The translations under genes and the position numbers were made by a program. This document shows positions 43,861-56,081 of a stretch of DNA of 59,495 nt, piece by piece. The stretch lies in the NCBI RefSeq assembly GCF_021028975.2, contig NC_059431.1, forward strand, positions 2,542,001-2,601,495, given 5' to 3'. The stretch comes from Sphaerodactylus townsendi. Its lineage: Eukaryota. Within the stretch, counting starts at the first letter, position 1; every line of letters starts with the position of its first letter. The notes below the pieces were generated by a model, which was not told the DNA's origin, ran no database searches, and was given only the letters and a program-made list of their open reading frames with translations.

Positions 43861-45430
43861 GAAGTAGGGGTGGGTAGCGTGGTGGCCAAGTTTGCGGATG
43901 ATACCAAATTATGTAGGGCGGTGTGAAACACAAAGGATTGCGAAGAGCTCCAAGCGGACCTTGATAAATTAGGTGAGTGGGCTAAGAAATGGCAAATGCA
44001 GTTCAATGTAGCAAAATGTAAAGTGATTTATTTTTATTTATTTATTTTATTCGATTTTTATACCGCCCCATCCCCGAGGGGCTCTGATGCACATAGGGGC
44101 AAAAAATCCAAACTTCACATAGAATAGAATAGAATCTTTATTGGCCAAGTGTGATTGGACACACAAGGAATTTGTCTCCGGTGCATATGCTCTCAGTGTA
44201 CATAAAAGAAAATACATTTGTCAAGAATCATAAGGTACAGCACTTAATGATTGTCATATAGGTCTAGTAAGCAATCAGGAAACAATCAATAGTAATAAAA
44301 TATAAAATGTAAAGATCGCTAATAAAATAAAATGGGAAATGTCAGCTAAAACAGGCTAGGTAGTCATACAGTCATAATTAGGGAGGAGATGGGTAATAGG
44401 AATGATGAAAAAAAGTAGATTGCAGTAATTATATAAATAAATATATAATAAATAGTTTGTAGACATTATCGAGGGAATTATTTGTTTAACAGAGTGATGG
44501 CATTCGGGAAAAAACTGTTCTTATGTCTAGTTGATACACGCTACAGGGGTCAGTGCTATCAGTCACAGACCAGGAAAGGAATTTGGGCGTCTTAGTGGAT
44601 AGTCTCCCATAGGAATGTCAACTCAATGCATGGCAGCTGTATGAGAAAAAGGCAAAATTCCTATGCTGGGATCATTTACAGGAAAGGAATTGATAATAAG
44701 AAACTGCTAAAGGATTGTCATGCCCTTTATATAAAGCCGTGCAGCGACCGCGACCCTTAGAGCAATTGTGTTCAGTTCTGGTCGCCACATCCTTCAAAAA
44801 AGGATATTGGAAGAACTATAGAAAAAAGTGCAAAAGAGAAGGCAACGAGGATGATTGAAGGACTGGAGCACGCTTCCCTTATGAGGAGAGAGCTGCACGC
44901 TGTTTGAGACTCTTTAGGTTTTGGAGAGTGAGACGTCTGAGGGGATCCTGGAATTAGAAGTCTATATAAAATTATGCATGGGTAGAAAATGTTGACAGAG
45001 AGAAATTTTTCTCTCTTTCTCACAATATCTAGAACCAGGGGGGCATTCATTGGAAACTACTGCTGGGGGGAAGAATTAGGATCTTCAATCAAAGGAAACA
45101 CTTCTTCACGCAACGTGTGGCAGTTGGTGTTTTGGAATATGCTGCCACAGGAGGTGGTGATGGCCACTAACCTGGATAGCTTTAAAAGGGGCTTGGACAG
45201 ATTTATGGAGGAGAAGTCGATCCTATGGCTCCCAATCTTGAAGTCCTCCTTGATCTAGAGACTGCAAATGCCTTAGCAGAACCAGGTGCTTATCAGGAGC
45301 CAGCAGCAGCAGAAGGCCATTGCTTTCACCTCCTGCAGGTGAGCTCCCAAAGGCACCTGTTGGGCCACTGCGAGTAGCAGAGAGCTGGACTAGATGGACT
45401 CTGGTCTGATCCAGCAGGCTAGTTCTTATG
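43861..45430 (+). mobile_element. CR1 LINE 3' part interrupted by two younger insertions
   Basis: Encodes KFADDTKL..LQADLDKL..WQMQFNVAKCKV, then 3' end matching the 9858-10550 family; inserts at 44028-44084 and 44122-44533. Confidence 0.85.
44122..44533 (-). mobile_element. LINE 3' fragment (possibly Rex1/Babar-like) nested in CR1
   Basis: (atagA)n tail, then tttattggccaagtgtg...gatggcattcgggaaaaaactgttc; flanked by ata/ata; family assignment from memory. Confidence 0.5.
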
Positions 45431-46737
45431 TGGCATCAGAAAAGGGAAGGAGTCCGGCACGTGTCCCCTGGCCCTGCTTCCTGGGCCACCAGCATTTGTG
45501 TGACACGGAAGCCAGCTGCTCCAGGGGAACGTGCCTGGCCGGGGCTCATGGTGGGGGGAGAGCGGCGCTCTGGGCCAGGCACAGCGAGGAGGCTGCAGGT
45601 GGGCGTGCACAGAGGGCCACCTGGTGCACCACAGTCCCTGGCCTGGCTATTCTTAGCAGGGGCCTGGAAGATGCTGCGGTGGACACTGACCCCAGACACG
45701 CGTCCTGGCTGTGGCCAACGGCACGTCCACACTGTCGCCTCGGGGGAAGGGCTGCGGCTGGCGCTCGCTGCTGCTGCTGCCGCCGCCCCTCTGCACAGCC
45801 GTCAAGCACAGATAATCACCTCGTCTCTCACCAATTTTTAAATCAAATAATACAAAGGAAAAACCCAGTATGACACGTATCATTAAATGCTAATCACTGG
45901 CTCTGTATAGGCTCCTGTCATTTATACCAGTGGGACTTTTAGCTTTCAAAAGGAACATCAGTCTGGTCAGGCAAACAGTATTTTCTAACTTGTCTAGTTG
46001 AAGAAGACTTTTCCCCCCTTAACAGTGAGAAAAGACAATACAGAAATGTCAACATTCTCAATTTTTCCCCCTAGGAATCCTCCTACATAGTTCAACAAAA
46101 ACATCTCATCTTACTGATTTTGTGGTCCCCCCCCCCCCAACTGATATTTACCTGGAGCCGCTAAGATGGGTTTGAAGTAGCTGCGAAACGTTGTTTGTGT
46201 CACGGACATTTGCAAAGCAGAAATCCCCTCTGGCTGCAGGAGGGATCGTTTTGGCCCCAACTGCCTCGGAGGTGAGGGGAGCTCAGTGCCAACCAGTCTT
46301 ACCACCACTGCATGAAGCTAGCATGCCTGGCATTTCCAACACAGTGTCCTTTGCTCCCTACACATGCTCAGAGGTATTATTTTTTCACCTGGTGCAGGTG
46401 GAGCTGAGGGGTTCAGAGTTCATTCTGCATGTCAAATTAAGCTCCACACCTTGGCAGGACTCAGGGCCAATTCCCTATTGAAGCAAGACGGGAGTTGATC
46501 CCTTCCCACTACGTGCCCCCCCCCAGCATGGAAGGACCCCCACACAGCAGACGGGCTCTCTGTGCTGCGGCCCCTGCCGGTTCCAGTGGGGCTTGTGGGC
46601 ATGCACCTACTCTGGAAGCACTGCAGGGGGTGTGCTGTGACACACAAATACACACACAAACACAAAGTCCTCGGGCTCTGCCCTCTTTCCACTGGCTCCA
46701 GCCTCTACAGCTCAAGAGAGCCACTTGGTGGCCACTT

Positions 46738-46959
46738 ATACCTCTTTCAGGATAAGGATGACACCAGAGTTGAGAGTTCCTCCGCCATTTCCTGGACCGT
46801 CTTTGCTGGAGCCGGCTGCTCCGTTTGGGTCCGACTGCCTCCCTAGTTCTGACCTCAAGGCCCCAGGACCCAGGCAGAGCACCCTAGAACAAAGGCGGTC
46901 CAGGAAATGCTGGAGAAACTCTCAGATCCGGTGTCATCTTTACCCTGCAAAAGGTCTAT
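46738..46959. mobile_element. MITE-like element with ~60-70 bp terminal inverted repeats
   Basis: caggataaggatgacaccagagttgagagttcctccgccatttcctggaccgtctttg pairs with caaaggcggtccaggaaatgctggagaaactctcagatccggtgtcatctttaccctg. Confidence 0.7.
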
Positions 46960-47682
46960 CCAGCCGCCCTGTCCAAGGGAACAAGCAGGGCATTCTCCAA
47001 GCAGCAGCCTGCGGTTGGCTCTCCCTGCCAGGGCCCCAGAGACCTCACCCCGCCCAGCAAGCCGGACCCCCCTCCAGAGGCCACACACTGTGCCCGGGGA
47101 CAGCAAAGGCATGGGCACGGTGGGATAAATTTAGACCATGAGTTTGGCGAGGTGAGAGGGAAGCAGAGAGAGCCGGAGGCGGCAGCTGTGGAGGGGAAGC
47201 CGCTGAAGTGTGCATGGCGGGGGTGGGGTGAGGGTGGGGGGTGAAAACGGTGGCAACAGGAGGGCCTGAGTCAGCCACTCCTGCTCACTCACAAAGCAAG
47301 GGGGTGGCACCTACCCATTCCTGCCTGCACCCCAAAGGACCCTTTGCCTTGCCCCAAATGCACCCTTTGGCTCACATGGCCCAGAAGCGTCCTCTGGGGG
47401 AATCTTTTAAAAATGGCCTGACCTTGCAAATACCAAGGGAGTGCAGGAATAAACTAACCCACGGGATGCTGGTTAGGAGGGAAAAGGCCGCTCTTCCCCA
47501 CCACAGGAAGGTCTGCGGATCACAGGACAGATTTGATGGGGGGCATTCTTGACCTCAGAAGAGCCCAACTTCCCCCACACACCAGAAATGCACTGACCAC
47601 CATCCCCCCTTTTAACATGAGAACAGCCTTCTGGATCAGAGAGGCTCTATCGGATCCAGCTTCCAGTGTCACGCAGGGGAGC

Positions 47683-48753
47683 ATTAGACAAGGCTACTAT
47701 TAGGTGGATTTGTAATTGGCGGACTTACCAAACTCAAAGGGTGCTCACCAATGGCTCATCTTCGCCCTGGAGAGAAGTGACTAGTGGGGTGCCGCAGGGT
47801 TCTGTCCTGGGCCCAGTGCTGTTCAATATTTTTTATCAATGACTTGGATGATGGAATAGGGGGCACCCCAATCAAATTTGCAGATGACACCAACTAGGAA
47901 GGGTAGCTAACACCCCAGAGGACAGAGCCAGAATTCAAAATGACCTGGACAGACTACAGAGCTGGGCCAAAACTAACAAAATGAATTTCAACAGAGATAA
48001 ATGTAAGAAACTACACTTAGGCAGAAAAAAATGAAATGCACAGATATAGGATGGGTGAAACCTGGCTTGACAACACTACATGCAAAAGGGATCTGTGAGT
48101 CTTAGTAGACCATTAACTGAACATGAGTCAGCAGTGTGATGCAGCGGCATAGAAAGCCAATGTGATTTTGAGCTGCATCAACAGGAATATAGTGTCTAGA
48201 TTGAGGGATGTAATTGTACCTCTCTATTCTGCATTGGTTAGACCTCACCTGGAATATTGTATACAGTTCTGGGCACTGCAATTCAAGAAAGATATCGATA
48301 AGTTGAAACTGGTCCAGAGGAGGGCAACCAAAATGGTCAAAGGTCTGGAATCCATTTCCTACAAAGAGAAACTTAGGGAGCTGGGGATGTTTAGTCTGGA
48401 GAAGCAAAGGTTAAGTGGGGACATGATAGCTATGTCTAAATATTTGGAGGGATGTCATGTTGAAGAGGGAGAAAGCTTGTTTTCTGCTGCCTCAGAGACT
48501 AGGACACGGAGTAATGGATTCAAGGTGCAGGAAAAAAGATTCCACGTAAACATTAGGAAGAACTTCCTGACTGTCAGGGCTTTTCGACAGTAGAATTCAC
48601 TGCCTTGGAGAGTGGTGGAGCCTGCTTCTTTGGAGGTTTTTAGACAGAGGCTGGATGGGCATATGTCGGGAGTGCTTTGATCATGTGTCCCTGCATGGGA
48701 GGGGGCTGGACTTGATGGCCCTTGGGGTCTCTTCCAACTGATTCTATGATTCT
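47683..48753 (+). mobile_element. CR1 LINE 3' fragment (RT domain, degenerate)
   Basis: [37 protein letters not shown]; attctatgattct tail. Confidence 0.92.
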
Positions 48754-48767
48754 AAGCCACTTGCGAG

Positions 48768-48880
48768 GCCTGGACAAGGCTGTTAATGACAGGACATTTG
48801 GAAGGTCATTCATTCATAGGGACACCGGGAGTCAGAAGCATCTTGATGGCGCTTAACACAAACACACAGACACACACACA
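48768..48880 (+). mobile_element. RTE-type LINE 3' end with (CA)n tail
   Basis: cattcataggg...agtcagaagcatcttgatggcgcttaac(ac)n; similar relic near 18150-18235. Confidence 0.5.
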
Positions 48881-49837
48881 CGCGCGCAAGCTTTGAGCCA
48901 TCCCTACCTGCACTGAGAGTGAATTCCACAGTTTAATTACTCATTGAATAAAGAAGGTCCTCCTTTGCTCTGAGACTTTTAGTTGTCAACTTCATCGGGT
49001 GCCCCTGAGAGCTAGTATTTTGGGAGATTTTGGGAGAAAAGCTTCCCGGCATCCACTTGTTCAACCCTATTTGATAAACCTCCAACGTGCCTCCCTTTTG
49101 CCATCATTTTTCCTAGACTGAAATCCCGGACTCTGTTCGTTTACCCTCATCACTGGGTTCCGACTCCCTCCTTTGGAAACTCCAGAGTTCCTCACACCTT
49201 CTGGGCCAAAAATCATGACCCACCTTTACAAGGTAAACAACCACAGCCCCAGAAACGCCAGGACAATATGCTGAACAGCCCAGAAAGACCGTTTGCTCAC
49301 CTCTCACACGAATGTCAATCTCAGCTCCTACCCCAGGGCCTCTCACAAGCCTTGCCTGTACTCTTTTTTCCTGCAGGTGGGCTGCATTCTCTTACCACAG
49401 CCTGGATCCCCCCGCCATGCTTTGCTTACCTGATCAGGGTCTTCTGCAGGTGGCAACTTGCAAATGGGCACAACCAATAGCTGCCCACACATGTGGACAT
49501 TCTGTGGGTTGGGGGGACCCACCTTGTGGAGCGACTGCCCTGGCGAGGTCAGGAACGTTCTATTCTACTGGCTTCCTTCGCTCACCACGACCGGCAGCTC
49601 CTGTAGGGCCCCTCCTCCATCCCTTGCACAGCCACCTGTGCTTGCGCCGTGCAGAGGCACGCGACGGAGAACCGCCTCTGGCCTTGGAAACCCTACCAGG
49701 ATGCCATCATTGAGCTGCAACATGACAGCAGTTTCCACCCCCACAGCCGTGGCCCCCCCACCCCCCTCCTCAGCAGCAAATTCCAGATTCCAATCACTTG
49801 TTTGTAAAGATCACCTAGAGTAGTGTTCAGTTCCGGG

Positions 49838-50352
49838 TGTTGGAAGAGAAAGACTTGATGCTGTTACGCTGTTTCCTGCCTCACCCTACAGAGGGGTTTT
49901 ACTATGGATAGCCAGTGGCTAGATAGGAATTGACACCTTTACTCTATCATGCTGGCACTATCCCTTTGATGTTAGACTGATACTCTCAAGGACTTCCTTC
50001 CGGCTTCTTCCTCGACCCCTTCTCCATTCTTCTTCCTACCATGCCTAGAGAGAGGATGGGTGCTCCGCGCATCCATCCCCATCCAGCTAGATTAGGATAG
50101 CATGGTGACTCTATCTACCTACCTTTCTATCCAGAATGGAGTTCACTAATCAATACTCTTTTTATTAAATTAGAAACTACAACTGACTCTGACTTTCTTT
50201 TGTGGAAGCTTGCCGCACATTGGGATCCATCACGCACACGCACGCACACGCACACGAGGTAAGGCTCCTGCTGTGCTGTTTAAGCCACCAGTGCACTCTG
50301 CTAACTACGAATAGGGATAATCTCCAACTACCAGGAGCTCTGATTCCCAACA
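49838..50352 (+). mobile_element. Solo LTR (515 bp) inserted in a CR1 fragment
   Basis: Termini TGTTGG...CCAACA, internal ATTAAA at 50164, flanks ccggg/ctgag (decayed 5-bp TSD); CR1 continuous across it. Confidence 0.75.
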
Positions 50353-50789
50353 CTGAGCACCACAATTTAAGAAGGATATTGACAAGCTGGAATAGGTCCA
50401 GCTTAGGAAGCTGGGGATGTTTAGTCTGGAGAAATGAAGGTGGGGGGGGGAGACGGGACATGATAGCCATGTTTAAATATTTGAAGGGATGTCATGTCGA
50501 AGAGGGAGCAAGCTTGTTTTCTGCTGCTCTAGAGACTAGGACACGGAGTAATGGGTTCAAGGTGATAGAAAAGAAATTCTACCTAAACATTAGGAAGAAC
50601 TTCCTGACAATCAGGGCTCTCCAACAGTGGAATGCACTACCTTGGAGGGTGGTGGAGTCTCCTTCTCTGGAGGGTTTTAAACAGAAGCTGGATGGCCATT
50701 TGCCGGGAGTGCTTTGATCGTGTGTTCCTACATGGCAGGGGGTTGGACTGGATGACCCCTGGGGTCTCTTCCAACTCCATGATTCTATG
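50353..50789 (+). mobile_element. CR1 3' fragment (continues 49805-49837)
   Basis: DMIAMFKYLKGCH..TRSNGFK..FYLNIRKNFLT; catgattctatga tail; similar to 48420-48753. Confidence 0.88.
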
Positions 50790-52189
50790 AGGCATCTCTT
50801 TTTGATCATCCTGAACTGACTGCCCATCAACTTTGCTGAGGGTCCAGAGTCCTGGTGTTCCAGAAGAGGAGGCAAAGGTTCTCTGTCCACTCTTTGCCTC
50901 TCACCCTCCCTGCATAATTGGGCAGCCCTCTATTGTGTGCCCACCACCTTTAGTTGTCTTTCCCTCTAGAATGGGAAGTCTTTCCCCACTGGTTTTCCAG
51001 GGTGCAGCCTGCCCTGATGCTGTGCAGAGGCGCCCTCTGCTGGCCACCCAGAGAACGATGCCTTCCCACGGCACTGTGCTGGGGAACAGGTTGCGCTGCC
51101 TCAGCAGTGTTGTTGCGTGTCGAGGTCTCCTCTGAAGGGCACGGCGGAGTTTCCAGGAGGCAGCAGAAGGCCTTTCTTCCCCATCGCCTGTGACCCAGAG
51201 CTTCTGGGGGCTGACCTGGGACCCTGCGCAGACCACGGCACCAGGAGCAGTGACCACAATGCGATGATGTTCAGCATTCGTGCATCAATGGAAAGGTGTG
51301 TGCCCCCCCCCAGTCCAAACAATTGGGTGCAACTTCAAAAAAAGAAACCTTGCAAAAAAAATTGAAGGAACTAGCCAGGATATTGAAACATCCTTCTAGC
51401 ACATTTAGAAACTATTTCAAAACACTGGTTCTCAGAGCCAAAGTGGACATCAAGGCAGAACTCCAGAATCTCCCAGCAAGACTGGCACACTGGCAAAGAG
51501 CCACGGAGGTGCTGGCATGCCCATATCGCAGGCGGCAGGGGAGGGACCGTGTGCTTAAACCCTCCACTCTGTGCGCCCATCTGCAGGCACACAGGAAACG
51601 AGAAGGCCAGGGCCACTGTTTGAGCCTTTCTCCTCCTGTTCTGCCCATCTTTTGAAAGGTGACCGGGGGTCCTCACTGGAACTTTTCGGGACGGAGCATG
51701 GTGGCTTTCCCATTTTGGGGGGGGGGTTTACTGCCACAGGCAGGAGGACAGTTCATGCCTCATAGTGCTCGTGCGCACCTGGCACCCTCAGTGCGAGGCA
51801 CAGGATAATCGCTGGAAGAACACAGCCCCCCCCCCCGGTGTATGGAGGGGGCAATCAGAGCTGCCTAATTCAGGGGCAAGGGCCCACCCCCTCCCCTGCT
51901 GCCTGGATGATGGCTGTTTGGCTGGGCAGGGGACCCGAAGGCCACAGGGAGAAACCAAGATGCGCGGGAAGAGCAACTCCTAGCAAAGATTGATTGATTT
52001 ATATTTTGGTTCATCACCCGCCCTTCCCCACAGGGGTCAGAGCGGTGAACAACAACGACGATAAAAACATGACACAAACAGAACAGTCATAAAAACATAA
52101 ACAGAATAAAAACAGCTTTAAAATGTTAACAGTAGATGGCGCCATCCCATGCCCTTAGATGTCACCTCAAAGAGGGCACAGGGCACTCG

Positions 52190-52195
52190 TTTATT
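52190..52195 (-). terminator. HINT2 polyadenylation signal AATAAA
   Basis: tttatt on + strand about 50 nt past the HINT2 stop. Confidence 0.8.
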
Positions 52196-52246
52196 GGGAG
52201 AGAGTTGCTTTGCGGGGCTCTTCCAGCTACTTTGGGGGCCAGAAGC

Positions 52247-54127
<1,881 letters not shown>

Positions 54128-54589
54128 CGACCTTCTTCCCCGGGGGAGGGCTTGACCGGTTGGCCGCCCCGGCTGCCACTCCTCCCACAAGGCCCGCCCC
54201 ATTAACCCTAAGAGTGCTGCACAAATCTCAGCACCCGCCCACCCAAGTCACGCATTGAGAGCAGGATGCCAACCTCCAGGTGGGGGTTGCTGGGGATCTC
54301 CTGGGATGACCAGGATCCAGTCTCTGCAAGAAAATGGGCTGCCTGCCCCTCCCCTCTAACCCCCCTTTCTCAGCTCCCCCCCCCCAACACCTCCAGAATT
54401 CCCCAATCTGGAGATGGCAACACAAAAAGGAGCCGGACAGCACCCCCCCCCCAGCCCACATCAGACCTCCCCCCTCCCCAAAAGCGAGACAGAAGGCGGG
54501 GGGGGGGGTCCCCAGCAACATTTATTTATGAATTTTTACCACGCCCATCCCCAAGGGGCTCAGGGCGGCAAGACAACCACCTAAAACCT

Positions 54590-55032
54590 CTCCCCATATG
54601 TCCCCACACGGCCTCTGGTGCTCCCAGGCCCCTCCATGATACAGCTGGCCTCCACCGGGGGCAGGGCCTTCTCTGCCTTAGCCCCTGCCTGGTGGAACTC
54701 ATCTGTTAGAGCCCTGCGGGACCTGGAACATTCTGCAGGGCTTGTAAAACAGACTTATTCCACTGGGGGGGGGGGGGGCATTGATTGTGTGCCACCCCGG
54801 TAATCTGTTCCATCTTACCCTGTATTTTATTCTGCGGTATGTACCATCTGGACCAGCCCCGTGAAACAAAATGCTGTTCACCATCTGTAGATTTCTGTAT
54901 TTTTTACCATTTAAAAATTTATAGTTTTACGGAATTTTATGGGGTTTTATATTGTTTTAGTATATTACTGTACACCACCCAAAGCCCTCCAGGGATGGGT
55001 GGTCTATCAAGTGGAATAAATAAATAAATAAA
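54590..55032 (+). mobile_element. L2-like LINE 3' relic between TAF1C and HINT2
   Basis: gggcagggccttctctgcc..gcccctgcctggtggaac motif and (aaat)n tail. Confidence 0.5.
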
Positions 55033-55093
55033 AACAGCTATAAACTCCTAAAGTGTAATGAAAACACTACTACAGTATAATAGCAACTTGTCC

Positions 55094-55099
55094 TTTATT
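55094..55099 (-). terminator. TAF1C polyadenylation signal AATAAA
   Basis: tttatt on + strand about 27 nt past the TAF1C stop. Confidence 0.75.
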
Positions 55100-55125
55100 G
55101 ATGGGGCCCCTGTCCCTTTGCCCCG

Positions 55126-56081
55126 TCAGAAGCCCATGAGGGGCCGCTTGCGAGGGGGCTGTGAGCGCAGGCTGGCCTGTGAGCCCTGCGAAGGGGGCAG
55201 TGAGCGTTGGCTGGCCGACCGTGCCTGGCAGAGGTCCTCGGGGGGCTCTGGCGGCTGCTCCAGGACAGCCAGGAAATGGCGCAGGGTGCGGCGGCGCTCT
55301 TGGGGGATGCCCCGTTTGGCCAGGGTCTGGCTGGACAGCAGCAACCCCGAGTCCTGGGAGCCTGGCAGAGAGTCCTCTTGGGAGGCAGCAGGGGGTGCTG
55401 CCCAGATGCCGCTGGTGCCGGCGCTCGAGCCCTGGGAGAAGTCGCTGAGGGAGGAGGTGAAGCTGGAGGCCAGGCTCGGGGGGCCTCGTGCCCTCTTCAG
55501 CCGGCGCCGCTGCTCCCGGAGGGCCCGCTTCTTCTGCGCCTCTGTCAGGCCCAGCTTGCCCTCCCACCAGCCAGCCCAGCCCCCGGCCCAGGAGGCCAGC
55601 AGCCGCTCCTGCAGTTCGGACCGGCGGCCCACCGGCTTCGGGGGCAAGGGAGCAGGCGAGGCTTGTCTGGGCGCCCAGGGGCACAGGAGCCGTTGGTCCC
55701 GCATGGCCTCGTGCAGGCGCTGGCGGACGCCCTGAAAGGCAGCGACGGTCGCAGGCGCCTCCTGCAGCTTCCGCTGGCTGAAGAGACGGCGGAAGGCACG
55801 GCGCCTGCTAGTGGCGCACAGGGGCTGAGGCATGACCGGTGCCCACTGCCCACTGTGCCAAGAGCCCTTGAGCCAACGACGGTAGCTGGCAGCCGCAGCA
55901 GGGCCGAGGGTGGCGGCTGGAGCATCCTGCAGAGGGCCCAGGGTTGTCTCTGGCTCCAGCGGGGCATCCTCGGCTGCCTCCTGGTGCTCAAGGGGCTGGT
56001 AGAAGAGGTCCCCGGCCTGGGATAGCTGGAAGATGAGCAGGGATTCCCTCTGGCCCTGCCGGCCCACGGCGGCTGTGATGC
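55126..56081 (-). CDS. TAF1C: TAF1C terminal exon
   Basis: GITAAVG...[12 protein letters not shown]...[10 protein letters not shown] then TGA; acceptor ccactag. Confidence 0.92.

Noticed and set aside
55058-56025. + strand ORFs of 225 and 272 aa
   Set aside because: Antisense shadows of the GC-rich TAF1C terminal exon
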